Below, in pieces: positions 25,021 through 39,782 of a DNA stretch of 64,000 bases (its first letter is position 1; the number at the start of each line of letters is the position of its first letter). Both the position numbers and the translations under genes were made by a program. Source of the stretch: Octopus sinensis (lineage: Eukaryota); assembly GCF_006345805.1 (NCBI RefSeq), contig NC_043006.1, positions 80,414,001-80,478,000 on the forward strand, in the 5' to 3' direction. Below the pieces are notes generated by a model, which did no database searches, had not been told where the DNA came from, and was given only the letters and a program-made list of their open reading frames with translations.

Positions 25021-26419
25021 TACACACATATATACGGATATATATACGTATAATTATGTATAGAGATTTGTTACGACGTCAATAAATTTACATCTATATG
25101 ACTAAAAATCACATCGTTTTCATGCTAAAGTAATACGTAGAGGTTGTAAGTGTAGTGTGGATGATATACACGATTTCGCCTGACCACCACTAGCATAGCC
25201 GGAGTGTTTACATCATTGTTAACAGTTAGAAAAAGCAGAAACAAAAAAAAAAGCAAGAAGCAACACACTTTTGCACATTCTTATCAGTGGAATCTTTGCC
25301 AAGTTGAATTAATTACCATAGCTTCAGATGAAGTTGTTCGCGTGTAAATAAGGCTCCATTGTTAAACAACAAATCTTACTCTGTTCAAGCAACTGAAACA
25401 CAATACATATATTCATTTTCGCACGCGCTCACGCATACCCGTAACCATATACACACACATATGTACATATATATATATATATATATACATATAGGCGTGT
25501 GTATGATAAAATACATTCATAAATACACAGATGTGGATATAGATATGTGTGTGTGCGTGTGTGTATTTGTTCGTGTATGTTCATTCACGCATGTGTGTGT
25601 GAGTGTAGTGTAATATTTTTTGTACCGCTTTACCTTAATATTTGAATATTTGATATTTGTCATTTACATTTTCCTAGAAACGGCTACAACTATTTCAGAT
25701 ACCGCGACCATGTATATTGTAATATTTTGCATTTTGCATTGCATCGTCTGCATAACGTCTGAACGTATAATTGTTTACTAGCACACCGGCGAATCATTTG
25801 TAAGCTGCAAATTCACGCCTATGCACCACAGAAATATACGGATAGTATACTTTGAAAACGGTGCTGAAATTTCATTTCAAAGCATTACATAAGAAAAAAC
25901 ATTTGAATACAAGAATTTATAACGAACAGTTACCATTAAGTAAATAATATTTAATTTACCTGATAGAAAAAGTAATTGATAACCTCATGAAGCTTTGAAA
26001 AGTCGGAGAATTAAGTGATTCCAAGAGTAAAATCTGTTAATTTTGCTGATTTCTGTATTCTATATATTTCAGTTCTGCTAAATACTTCTGACGGCTGCTG
26101 CAGTAATGGTTGTTTTTATAAGTTTTCCAGTTTCGGTATTTTCAAAATGAAGAAAACGGAAAATATATTTCAACCAATTGAGGTGCGTTACGACATTAAA
26201 GATTATTGTAGCTAGATAGTATTTTCCTTTACATTATTTTATATTTTTCCATTTTTATTAATTGTCAATTATTAACAATTTGATATGATTATCCCTTATA
26301 TTACAAAATAATTGTAGTAAAATGATTTTACTAGCCAGGGATAATTAGTTATGCTAATAGCTATACCAATTATCAAATGTACGACATAAAATATTTTATT
26401 GCTCCACAAAGTTTTGCAG

Positions 26420-27620
26420 TATCTCGATAGCGCTTCTTTGGATGTTCTGGTTCAATTCCAGTAATATATTGTTTAATCCGAATTTAGCTTAATTTTTTTT
26501 TTTTAAGTTAATAAATTTCCAGATGTTGGAGTGATGAGACCCAACTTGAGTTTTGAATGCTCGGTGCTATTCTTCGATGAAGTTATGTGTTTTGGTGAAA
26601 TCGTCTAGAACTCTTAAATAAATATTCCACATATTTAGTGGGAAGAGAAGTGTGCGTCACACATCCCTTCTTTTAGACCTTGCAATCCACGTATCCTCGA
26701 AATAATCAATGATTGTTTGCGCTTCATCCTAGAAGGTGTTGTTATCAAATAATAACTCATATGCTCTTTTTGCCCTACATGCTGGGACAAATGTTAATGC
26801 TGGTAACATCCTCATCACTAAAGCAAAATTAGGGTCTATTTCATATTTTCGTTTTAAACAATTACTTTGAATTACAGGAAAGATAGATTGGCTGAAGAGG
26901 AAAAAGCAAACGTTTTGTTCTGCACAAGGAAATTCTTTCAAAAATGCTTTCATCATCGCTTTCTCAAAAGCGATCGTTATTGACAATGGTGCACATGTTG
27001 GTTCAAGATTTTTTATCTCCTGCAAAAACGTTATATATGTTTCTTCTGTTTTGTCCGGCAATAACAAAAACACGAACGGCAGCAAAGCTTTCCCTTTTAA
27101 ACCATGTAGGGTATATAACTGGTGAAAAACTGTACATTAAGCCGCAAATATCACAATTCGCTTTTCGACTGGTCCTGAGTCATAAAGTAGAAATTGAACA
27201 CCTTTAAAAGATTTAGTAATTTCAGGTGGGAATAATATTTTACTGCAAGTTGGTGGTAAGGCCGGTCCAATAAGTGTTTGTTACCTTATAGATCTTATTG
27301 TTCTTTTACTACTTAGCATTTTTGGTAGTTTGCAGGCAACAACTTGATCGCAATCATCCAGAACAGTAGATAAGACTGAACGGGGCGCATGTTATGTTGA
27401 TTTGGCCAGTTAAATTATCTTTGAAATGGCGTCTTTTGTTGCAATGTCAGCTGCGCCCTATATACGATTATGGTCGTTGGAAGACTTCACCATTTCATCC
27501 TATACAGTAAATAATTACTGTAAAGGCATTATGTTGTTGGATATTTTTCGCACTTCCAATAAACATGTTCCCCATGTTCATAGTATGTCCATTATCACCC
27601 AACTTGTAACGCCTTTTTTC
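26420..27620 (-). mobile_element. Mutator-like (MULE) transposase pseudogene with FLYWCH-like N-terminus (unit A)
   Basis: VYWKCEKY..NDH; LPFVFLLLPDKTEETY; ITIAFEKAM..EFP..CFFLFSQ; RMLPALTFVP. Confidence 0.85.
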
Positions 27621-27768
27621 TGATTCAGTAAATGCAGCAGTCGTCTTTAGTTATGTGTGTTTTCCCTGTGAATAATTCCAAATAACAAATATTTTATTAT
27701 GAAAATATTTTTCTTAGTAAACAGCCATTTTTATTCCACTTAATAGTAAACATCTAGTTTTATTCGAT

Positions 27769-28045
27769 ACTAGCAGTATTGCTCGGCGTTGCTCGGGTTT
27801 GTTTTCTCTTCGACCCTTTAGAATTGGAATTTTTGAAAAGTAAACCTTTTGCTTTATACAGCTTGTTACGTGAACATTTTCCCGGTTGAAATAGACCAAA
27901 AATAGCAACACAGCAGTGGAAAATCGTAAAAATACGGATTATCATAGAAAAAACAACTTTTGAATAAATAATTGTTGGTCTTAACATGGTCCCATTTGAA
28001 TTTTCCCTTTTACGAAATGAAGAGCAAGCCTTCTTCTATGATACT
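27769..28045 (-). mobile_element. Helitron-like non-autonomous element 3' end (unit A)
   Basis: Reverse strand CCCGAGCAACGCCGAG..CTAG-T (GC-rich subterminal segment plus CTAG); duplicate at 62142. Confidence 0.55.
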
Positions 28046-29123
28046 CTCTGTTAGTGGTATAACCCAGTAGTAGTACTGTCTGTGGAATCATCTTTAATGG
28101 TCAAGTGACTTAAAAGTGACCTGTTGCTACATGTCTACATTCAAGAACTGAAGTTTTTGGTTAATACCCATATTTGGCTAAATAGTGGTTACGTTTTTGG
28201 TCCCCACTAGATCACAAATAGAAAATACTTTTTATATTGTTTCCACGTACAAGTATTTTATCTCTTTATATTTTTATATATAATTTTACATATATGTTTT
28301 ACATGTATTTATATATATTTTTATATATTTTTATTGTTTTATATATTCTTACATATTCTTTCAGTATTTTACCTTTCATTCTGCATTTTTGTCTATTTGT
28401 GTATATAGAAGTGTATATGAACATATTTGTGCGTGTATGAGTATATACGTGTGTGTGTGCGTGTGTGCGAGTATGTATATGTGTACATGCGTATGGTTGC
28501 ATATATAAATATATGGGTATACATCCATTATTTTCACACGAGTGTGAGTGAGAATATGAACATATAACATGTGCGTAATTAGATGTATATATCAATATAA
28601 TTGTGCGAGTATTGGTATGTGCACGCGTGTGCGTGTGTGCGGATATGTATATGTGTACACGTGTATGGTTGCATATATATGTGCACATATAGATGTGTGT
28701 TTGAGTGTGCTTGAATGTGTTTCACGCACGTGCTGGTGTGCTTATGCATAGCGGCACGTGTACGTGGGTGTGCGTGCGGACATGTGTATGTATGTACATG
28801 CGCTCATACGTGAATTCTATGATCCTTTTTACTTTTTTACTTCCTCCCCTTCGCGTTTGTTCCCTTTATTTAACTGTCATTATAATAGCTCTTTTGTTTG
28901 ACTTAACAACGGTCATAGTAATTTCCATTTGTTTAACGGTCATTTTCATAGAATATTTTGATTGTCTTAATAACTGACGAGATGCCAGAGCAGTTTCCAT
29001 ACGGATATACGAAACTTGGAGTTTAGTTATGGCAACCGATTAATTGTCATATATTATATTACAGATAAATTCCTCCATTTACATAATATCGAGGTTTCAT
29101 TCATTTTATTGTTGTCATACCAT

Positions 29124-29157
<34 letters not shown>

Positions 29158-30206
29158 ATGCCTACATATACATACATATATCTAGTAATATATAAAATAT
29201 ATTGTGCGCGTATTCGCTTCTCGCGCGGAACCGAATACAACAATTGCTTTCATATTTGTGATGCATGAATAATTCGACCTCGGTCAAATGATAGGCTGTT
29301 CATTCGACTTTTTTTTATTAGAAATTATTAAAAAAACTATTGATTTTTATATTACACTCACGTCTTTGAAAGATTTTAAAATGTTTACTTCCGGTGTTCT
29401 AGCGTTTGTGACGTAACATATATCTTTATGTATCTCTCTCTATCCATTTGTTTCTAATTATATCTAACTCTCTATAACATATTTCGCTATTTATATCTCT
29501 TGTTTTCACTTTCATTTTTCAGACAATATTTACAATTTCAATTTTCATACGACATTGTTTAACTTCCATGTTATTGTTTTCACTGTAAGTCTAAGTTTCC
29601 AATTACAAATTCCCGCCGCCACGCCAATTTGGATGATCATAACTTTCAGAAAAAAGGATATTTTGTAATAAACCTTTCTACAAATATGCGTGATGTCATG
29701 TAGATTCTAAAAATCTGTGGGTAGGAGTTTTAGGAGGGAGTAGGGATTTTCTGAAATTTCCACTTCAATTCGTCTTAACTTTCAAGAAAATTAATATTAT
29801 TTAATGAAATTCTCTACAAATTTATCTCGGTCTATGTAGATTCCGAAGACATAGGAATTTTTGGAGAAAACAATTGGGTGTTACATTTGAGAACTGTTCC
29901 CCACTGAGAAGTGTTTCGTAACATGTCGTCCATATTTGTTTCATTTTCTCCGTTTTTTGCGTTTGTGCATCCCTAGAGTTCCACTGAAGCAACAAACAGG
30001 CAATGAAGGCAGATGAAGCCCTCCCCAGAAAACTCGTTAAGCTAAAAATAACATCTAAAGGTCTGGTCCAGAGAAATATGATATTGAGATGACTTCTCTA
30101 TCGCGTACGATTTCTTTTCACTTAAAATACATTCCCAGGAAAACATTTCTAATAGAAAGGCAGAAGACACTCGCAGCAAAAATAAGGAATATACACGCTT
30201 GATAGG

Positions 30207-30374
30207 GGTCAAACAAAGTTACTGTCTTATTTATTATCGTTAATTGTCCTGCAGCTATAATCTGTTCACATTGTTCCATGTTCAATTATAGTCTCGCTGA
30301 TCACATCTGAACAACATCCATTATATAGATAACAATATTGATGACAAAAAAAGTGTGCAAACTTTCTACATCGC
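30207..30374 (-). pseudogene. Short remnant of a third receptor copy (type-B-like SMB region)
   Basis: Aligns by eye with 23357-23520 (GGTCAAACAAA..GTTACTGTC..CTGCAGCTATAATCTGTT..CTGAACAACAT). Confidence 0.8.
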
Positions 30375-30727
30375 TTTCAATTTTGTAATATATTCCGGAA
30401 ATAATGAAACATCCTAAATATTAGTGTTACATTTTATGCAGCAACCTATATTTTAAAAGTATTTATGTCTCGATCGATTTGCCTAGTACTTATCCTATCG
30501 GTCCCTTTTGCTGAAACGCTAGGTTACAAGGACGTAAACACAACAAAATCGGTTGTCAAGAGATGTTGGGGAACAAACACACATATAATGAATGTCATTG
30601 TGTGTGGATCAACACAAACACACGTTTGCTATCTCTGGCATATACACACACATAGTCTGCGTTCTATCTCTCTTTATCATACTCTAAGAAAAAGGTCCAC
30701 ATTTTGACGGACATACACACACACACG

Positions 30728-30790
<63 letters not shown>

Positions 30791-33700
30791 AAATAGAGAA
30801 ACATCTTTTTTGTGGAGATTATTTATCGGTTCATCATTTCAGATTTGTCATACAATGTTGTAAGAAAAGTTTTCTCCTTCAAATAACCAAGAAGTAATTT
30901 TGTCTCTATTCTTCATTACAGAAAACATTATCAATGTATTCATACTCACAATTTTCTTCAGACATTAAATTGATTACTATTGTTTGGATAGTAACAATTA
31001 AATAAGTCCAGAAGTTAAGTTAAATATATAAACATACAAAAGTACCATGAATTCTCATGCTACAAATGGCAGATAATTTCGTGAATACTTTACCGGCCGA
31101 CGCTGGGTAGTAATCTAGTATGCTTTACGGGCAGGTTGGTGTAAAATGAAGGAGATTCAGCAGTTAGTTTTAGCAGGTCACAGCACCAAATTGTGGTTCC
31201 CAGTGTTGCTTTGACTCCATCTTTTGTTCAGTGAATCGAGTTGGAGCTTCAAATATGTTCAGATTATTTATCTTAATATTAATTCATTATAAACATTCTG
31301 ATTTGTACAATTATCAATAATATTTACTTAAGTAACTTACAGTTAATGTTCTGCTATCCAACGTTTATTTTACAGTCATTCAGTCTACTATATGTTTGTG
31401 TTTGATTTCTGTTTATGTGAAATATTGTGGGAAAATGATAGAGGGAAGTTGGGAGAGAAACAGTTGCAATCATCGTGGCTTGCATTCGCCCGCAAAGGAG
31501 TAGAGGTTGCCTAAATTTACTGGAGACTCGTTGATAGATGATGGGATCAACAATGGATAGACAGATCCGAGCACAGCGTTTGCTTGGCCAATAATTAGCA
31601 AAATTCATATAGACACTGCACCATCCACACTGAAATATTGAATGTAAGGTTTAACGTTGCATATGTGAAGGTGAAAAATCTAAACGTATAACTCGTCAAA
31701 ATTACCGTCTTGCTGTCTCAGACGAATTACATCTTGTAGAGGTACCTATTTATATATATTTTGTACGGAATTGTTTAGCCATGAGAAAATTTAAAATCAG
31801 ATTAAAAACACTTTGTAATAGATCTCCTGATACCTGTTAACCCTCTATTCGGCGCGAGAGTAAATGAATGAAATATGACATTGACTTTGAAATGTATACT
31901 TTTCATTTCGTGAGGTTGTAAATTCTAGATCTTCGAAGAAAAATCATTGAGGTATTTTCCCCGAGACTACGTTTCCAGTCGAAGTCAATATGACTTTAAT
32001 CCCTTTGGATACAATTATCTGCTTCCCTCAAAATTCCTGATATTGTGCCTATATTAAACCCATTCTGTTACCTTTTCATAGTTATCTCTCAACAAATGTA
32101 TAAAATGTCTATCGGTTGAAGTACTGATGTTTTGTGTTGCATCATAACTTTTCATAACGTTGAAATGGTTCGGTTTACTTTGCTAATTCTCCGATAAATT
32201 AGCCGTAAGCTGGCGAGAAATATTAGCTTCAGTGTTATTGTGTAACTAAATGAGTTTTTAGTTGTTTTGTAAATATATTAGAGTAGGAATGGCTGGTTTA
32301 GTGTATTTTTAATCAGTAAATGAAGACGAATTTTTTCGACGACAATAAAGCCACTGTTTTTCGGATGTTAGAAATCCCACCATCACCACCACCACCGTGA
32401 AGTCTACGGACTCATGTAGTCTATTACTATCAACTAAGTTTCCTCTTTCTGACTGCACTTCAATTAGTAGTATGATATCCATCTACGATAGGTCAGCTGC
32501 ACCTCTGATTTTCTTTCCTATCCAAGGTTTTGATTTTTGTCATGCGGCCTGTCCGAATATGCAAGAATAAAGACAAAAAATACACCCTCTTCATCAAGTA
32601 ACCTCGGTGGGGTCACAGGTTAAGATTGTATTACGTTGTATTACGACTACCAGTAGATTTCGTCTTGACATACCACAATTCAATGACGATTGTGTCTGTG
32701 AATGTATGCTTGCACGAGAATGAGAGAGGGAGAGGGAGAGAGAGATGATTTTAGCGCATAAACAGTGGGGTTATTTCACTGAATCTTTCCGGTTATATCA
32801 CTCATTCTCATAACCTTCGTCGTTAAAATAGATCCATCAAACATTTTCAATGACATATTTTTTTACTGTATTTCTTTTGTTAAAGTTAAGAATTAATTCG
32901 AAATTTTTCTTTTTTTACCATTCAAGATGCGTTTTGCTAATACTTCGTGACTGCTTTCCGTTCCATAACTTTCATGCAATATGTGATCTACCTATATTGG
33001 CCCCTCCACCCGATGGAGAAAGGCTCTGGCCACAGGAAGAGCGGTGGTTCATTATCCGGTGCGAAGCAGCGGTGAAAGTCGAGCGCTTTGACAGGCGCCG
33101 ACGCAGCCAATGCGCAAAGCATAGATTCATAGGGACTGAACATTCTAGTAACATCAACCGCACTTCAAAGATTTACACTTCAGAAATCAGAGGAGATATC
33201 AACAGCGATTAAAAATATCTTCACTCATTAATTATTAATAAGGAAAAAATCACTTTGTCTATAATACATAGTACAAAAGGTTACTATGTGGATTTCTCAT
33301 TTTTGGACGGAATATAGACCTTTGTCCGGAGATATACTCGCATGGCAAAAAATTTAATTGAGATTGTACGTTATAGCTAAAGCAGTTAAATTAGCAATTA
33401 AAAAGAACACAACTACTTAAACTTTTCTTAGTTTTATTGTAGTATGTACGACCTAGTCACAGACATGGAATCACTGCCACACATTGACTTTGGGAAACGG
33501 AATTACTGAGGATGTATGTAACTTTTGAAATTACGTTGCTCAAAAATAGAAGCAGATTTTAACCAGGGATTATAAAGATGTCACCTTCCCGTATGGCTAG
33601 AATGACAGAGATAATATGTTCTTGTGAATAGTAACAGAAGCCCGAATAATATTGTTACATTATTTATTCCATATAATACAGGAGATTTTATATGACATTA

Positions 33701-34837
33701 CCGCGAATTTTGTAACCTGAGAGGACATCTACTCTAGCTAGTTAACGATACACAGCTACATCGAAATGATAGCCATGCTGAAGTGGCTACGAATATTACT
33801 TGTTAATACAACTACTGCATTTATCTCTTAGAAAAAATAAAACTTACATTTTTGCTTGTTGCAAAATCAGCGACTGTTTTCGCTTGAATTTATATATATA
33901 TATATATATATATTGCGAGTAGAAGCGAGCTACTACCTGTAACAGACGAGGTGCTCAATATTTAAGAGACGCAAACTAGGCTTGTCAAATGCTTGCGTCG
34001 CAAGAATGTGGTAGGGGTTCGCTCCCCTGCTGGCAATATATCAGAGGCAGCTGTGCATCAATAATCAGTTAGAAGGAGGTCTTCTTGGGATTAAAAAATC
34101 GCAGTAAGGTCCGTTTCAACAGACGTCCATGTTGAAATAGCTGTGAACATTACTTTTTCGTACAGCTATTTCGTTGATCTCTTAGTCTTTTTTTCTGATA
34201 TATGTATATATATTTTGGAAAAACACTAGAGATCTAGACATATGAAATTTTTGATATGTAAAATATGGAAAGAGATATTACGAAATAGTTTAAGAAACGG
34301 ATTTTAAAAATATATAAAGAAAATGTAGAATACATATATAATCCGTTCCGCAGTTCTCCAATAATGTTGCAAATACACAAACTGACAAAGACGAATGATA
34401 ATATCCGGATTTTGCTTACGCGAGCAAGGTAATAAAAACAAATATAACCGTACGCATGAACTGAAAAACACACACAAACACAGATACAGACTCAAACGCG
34501 CACACACGTATGCATATATATATATATATATGCAAAAAAATGGAAACATAGATGGCTTGAAAATAGTCTAAATATTTATACGTCATATTTGTTCTGGATT
34601 ATGATAAAAGCATTTGGACATTAAAGAATGTAATTGGTAGATATTGACTATACAAATAATATTATAATAAATAGTATGATAGAATGAAATAAAAATGAAA
34701 AAAAAGTGGTGTAATAGGATAAAGTAAAGTAGAGAGTAAAAGGTAAACTGGAAATAAAATTATAGTTATGAAGAAATAATAAAATGATAGAATATATAAT
34801 AACTATCTCTCTGTATATAAAACCCAGACTCTGTGTG

Positions 34838-34869
<32 letters not shown>

Positions 34870-34924
34870 GGTGTGTGTGTGTGTGTGTGTGGAAACCAGG
34901 ATAACGTCTGAAGTTTGTAACTGA

Positions 34925-35366
34925 ACCCGCATGGTTCATGGTCTCAAAAATTTGTCCTACGAAGAAAGGCTGAGGACGCTCGACCTTTATTCTCTTGAAA
35001 AACGCCGCCGCCGTGGTGATCTCATTCTTGCCCACAACATCATAAGCGGAAAGTGTAACCTCTCGAAAGAGCTGTTCTTCACTCCTGCTCCAGAGCGTCG
35101 GCTGCGGGGTCATTCCGAAAAGCTCTACCTGCGACGATTGCATCTCAATCGAAGGAGAGGAGCTTTCTCCGCCCGGGTTGCGGATCCGTGGAACAAGCTG
35201 CCAGACGAGATGGTGAAGATGCCGACGACCGCTTTGTTCAAAGCCTCCCTAGACCTCAAGTGGCCTGAACTCTTTACATGAACATCACCCTGTACTTAAC
35301 TCCATGTCCCCCTACATGGCCTTGCTATTTGCTTTTGAGCCAAATTAACTAACTAACTAACTAACT
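34925..35366 (+). mobile_element. 5'-truncated CR1-clade LINE 3' end with (TAAC)n tail
   Basis: LSYEERLRTLDLYSLEKRRRRGDLI..LRGHSEKL..FSARVADPWNKLP..FKASLD; AACT repeats at 35345-35366. Confidence 0.9.
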
Positions 35367-37325
35367 TCTTCTAACTGGGAGTATGCACCTCTTATGTTAC
35401 AGAGATGTTTTTTTATACTTTTAAAATGTTTCACATGATAAATAATGGGGTGAGTAACCACCTTCCTGGGGCCAGTATGACTACTGTGGAGAAAAAGGGC
35501 GGGATAACTGATTGCAAGGTAACTTTTCTTAAAATTTGGTAAGAATTGTTTTTTTATTGAGATTTCCTTATTAACTTGTAATTGTCATATTTCTTGATAT
35601 AATGTCTTCAAAGGAGTGATCATCCATTGCTCAAAAATGGTGGTAGCAGAGAAATTGAAAAGAATGAGTGCAAAAGAATCATTGCATGAGACTTCGATTA
35701 GACAATCATAAAATGCTGCATGTACAGCTACTGCAAGAGCAATGGAAATAGATGAGAACAGTGTTCGCCTGGCCACGAATTCTGCATTAATAATTTCATC
35801 CAATACCTACCCCTTAACACGTCAGAACTTTCATGAAGATTTATCTCTTGTGTTGCTGTTTAGCGCGCTCACAGGCTTTATTTATCACATAGAGGTAGTT
35901 CATATGTCTGCTGATTGTTCAGCGTGGTAGCTGCAGCACACACAGCCACACAGGAGAGTGTATCCACTAAGAGGTTTTTGGGGGCATTCAAAAATCACAC
36001 CTCCACCCACATTTTCTATGACAACGTTAGTGACTGGAAACTTCCAAACAGACGCATGACATGTCACTTAGTCGAATTAGTCCTTCATTTACCCCAGAAA
36101 AGTTTATTGAATGCTGCACATCCCCGTGTCATGTTTCAACATAACTGTACCATATGTACAAACTATACCATTTAAAGCCCGAGCAACATGGGTATGTCTT
36201 GTAGTAATTCAATAAATGTTTTTAACGTTACGAGAGGAATAAAAGGATAGGACAAATAAGAAAACAGAAAGCAGTAAAGTATAAATTTCCAAGCCACGAT
36301 TTGAAGCGAATAGAATAGATAAACCCAACCGAAGTCGCAGATTCATTCATAATGTAAATTAAAAAATTATGATATATAAAAAAAGTATTTATACATATTG
36401 CATACCACATGAGGGATATTAGTACATAATGCATAAACTATTTCTTATGATAGGTTATAAACAATCATATATAAATAAAAGCATGGCCACAGCTCATAAG
36501 CTGAAACTAGAATCAATCAATCAATCAATCATATAAAATATGAATATCAATATAAATGGATGTTTTAATATAAATTCAAAGTACTTATTAATCGTTTATG
36601 AGTATTATAGAGTATTATTCAGTGTATATACCATTAAAGCATACTTGCGAAGTTCTTAAAGCAATATGATAAAAAGTATGGGATATATAGAAAACTTTAT
36701 ATTTATAAAAATTTCAGATTATAGAAGGCCATTATTAAGATCAATGATATAAAAAATCGGATCAGTATTAATTAGATTATAGCGCGTACAGATCAAGTGT
36801 TAATTTACTTTTAGTTAATACAGTTATAAGATCAGGATTAATGGGTACGATAAGATCAAAATATAATGAAACGTAATAGAATATAATAAAAGTATGGTAC
36901 GAGGACAAGAGTGTTGGCAATCTATTGAAATATTATGGACACGTTTAAGTACCATTTAAAACAGGTGTAAAATAGTTTAAAAAGTTATATCAGAGTAACC
37001 AAAATATAACTAAAATGACGAAAGTTTATTTGGGGGCTTGGAGGTAAGGAAGCCTATTACTATATAACCGTATTAATGATTCTACTACAGAGACCTTGGT
37101 AGAATGTAAAAAGTGAGTTTAGTGGTGAAAAGGATACATAAAACAGGGGCTAGAGGGTTATGCAATACATTAAAATTTTCTGAAGGTTCGGAGGATTTTG
37201 TGAATGCACGAAACTCGAAAATTAAATTTATTGATAATTTAAGTATCTTTGTTCCCATTTATCAATATTTCATAGAGCTTCATATAATAGAGTCCTAACA
37301 CTTATCTGCTGCTAAATGTACCTAC

Positions 37326-37405
<80 letters not shown>

Positions 37406-37525
37406 ATGTATATAACTATATATACATAAATATATATATATATATGCATTAATATATACATACGTACATAAATGTATATATATATATATATGTATATATA
37501 TGTACATATGTATACATGTATAGAT

Positions 37526-37583
<58 letters not shown>

Positions 37584-37607
37584 GTATATATATATATATA
37601 TATATAT

Positions 37608-37704
<97 letters not shown>

Positions 37705-37705
<1 letters not shown>

Positions 37706-38401
37706 TTCTAGTCTCAGCTCAGAGCTGCGGCCATGCTGATGCACCGCCGTTTTGTGCTACACTGTTATTGCGACGAACCTCGTCTAATATGTGGCACTTG
37801 GTGAAGAATGGAGTTTGATATAGCTACTCTCATTTGCACCTCTTGCCGTGAGGTAGGTTCATCTGGGACTCTTGACAGGAAGATGTCCAGCTTTGATTTA
37901 AAAACCGCTACATCTACTTTGTGCAAGTTCCTCAGACTTTTTGGGAGTATATTAAAAAGCTGTGGGCCCGTGAAACCCAGGCTGTTGCAGAAGCTGCTCC
38001 TGAAGCGTGATGGCATTGCTGGGATCTTTGGCACTATGCAGTGTCGTCCCGTTCAAGCATTGGTGTAGCATACAATGCCGAAATTTGGCACAATTCCTTC
38101 CAGGATCTTCCAGACATATATTACTGCATACCTCTCCCGTCTTCTCTCTATGGAGTAGTGTCTTAGCTGTTTCAACCTTTCCCAGTAGCTGAGCTGTTGC
38201 AAAGAGACGATCTTCTTTGTGAATCTTCTCTGGATTGCTTCAAAGTCCGCTGTTAATTTTACACTGGTGGGTGACCATAGCTGTGAGCAGTAATCCAGGC
38301 GACTGAGGACGAATGTCCGCCAGAGGACCATCATGGTTTCCTTATCTCTGGTTCTGAATGTTCTTAGGATCCACCTAGCCAGTCGTCTGCACTTTGTCGC
38401 C
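37705..38401 (-). mobile_element. 5'-truncated CR1/L2-like LINE 3' end
   Basis: ILRTFRTRD..LSRLDYCSQLWSP..IQRRFTK..LSYWERLK..GPQLFNILP..FKSKLD. Confidence 0.88.
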
Positions 38402-38430
38402 ATATATAAATTATATAAATTATATATAAA

Positions 38431-38768
38431 TTAAATTAGAGATAAACCCACTATTAGGCAAATCAAACAGAGAAAAATATAAACCAAAACATAGAAATAA
38501 ATTAATATAATATAGAAAATATATAAAATATAAAATTCAAAATTTAAATTATTTAAATTTAAAGTTAAAAATTAAAAAAAAAGTTTTTAATTAATAATTT
38601 ATACTTATAATTTTTTATATATATATACATAAATATATAATAGATAAAAAATTTTTTATTTTTTATTTTTATTTTTATTTTTATTTTTTATCTTAATTTT
38701 ATTTTTTGTATGTTAAATATATATAAATATCAAAAAGTATTAAAAAGTTTAATATAATATATATAAAT

Positions 38769-38807
<39 letters not shown>

Positions 38808-38922
38808 CATACATGTATGTATATATATATATATATCCTGGGATTACACAAAATATTTGAAACACCTTAAAATTGCAGACAAATTGATTTTAATACTTGT
38901 ATATATATACACACAGATACAT

Positions 38923-38982
<60 letters not shown>

Positions 38983-39706
38983 AGTAAATGGAGAAATACA
39001 TCTAAATCAAATATCAATTACCAGATAATACTCAATCACATACTTTATTAAACCACCACATAAGAAACTATAGGGTTAAACATGAAAAAGTAGAGCAAAA
39101 CAGTGTACATAAAGGAGTAATGTTATACAATAAGTAGAATACATATAAGAGAATATAAATATAAGTAAATATAAATATAAATATAGATTACATCTTACAG
39201 CTGTCTCGGCCATGTAGATAAATATGTCTCATATTACTCATATTAGCCTTTTATGGTAGGTCAATATGTAGTTATAAATAAAACATTGACAAAATATCAT
39301 AAGGCCTCTTCGGAGATTATGTGATATAAATCAGTCTATATATATACCTATATGGGTGCGGGTACATACCCATAATACATCATATACATAGAAGTGCATA
39401 TACTCACACTCTTATACATATAAAGACATACATATACTTAATGATATAAATAATATAAATTAGTAAACATACATATGTTCCACATTCAATGTTACAATTT
39501 TTCTACTTAATATTGTGATAATTAACATACACATATCAATGCTGTGATAATAAACATACACATATTAATACCTAAATGCAGATATACAGAGTCAATAGTA
39601 CATTATATTAATTCCTACTAATTTCTCCGAGTTCAAATTTGTAATGTTCCTTACGACATAAATACAACATTGGATTTGAATTTAAATTACAACACCTATC
39701 TCAATT

Positions 39707-39782
<76 letters not shown>

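Noticed and set aside
28972-29035. CTGACGA..GAAA motif (also at ~63285) as a hammerhead
   Set aside because: Core words are present, but helix I cannot be paired beyond one base pair in any register tried.
35660-35800. TARAMEIDENSVR as a pogo/Tigger HTH
   Set aside because: Too short, with no downstream transposase motifs to support it.
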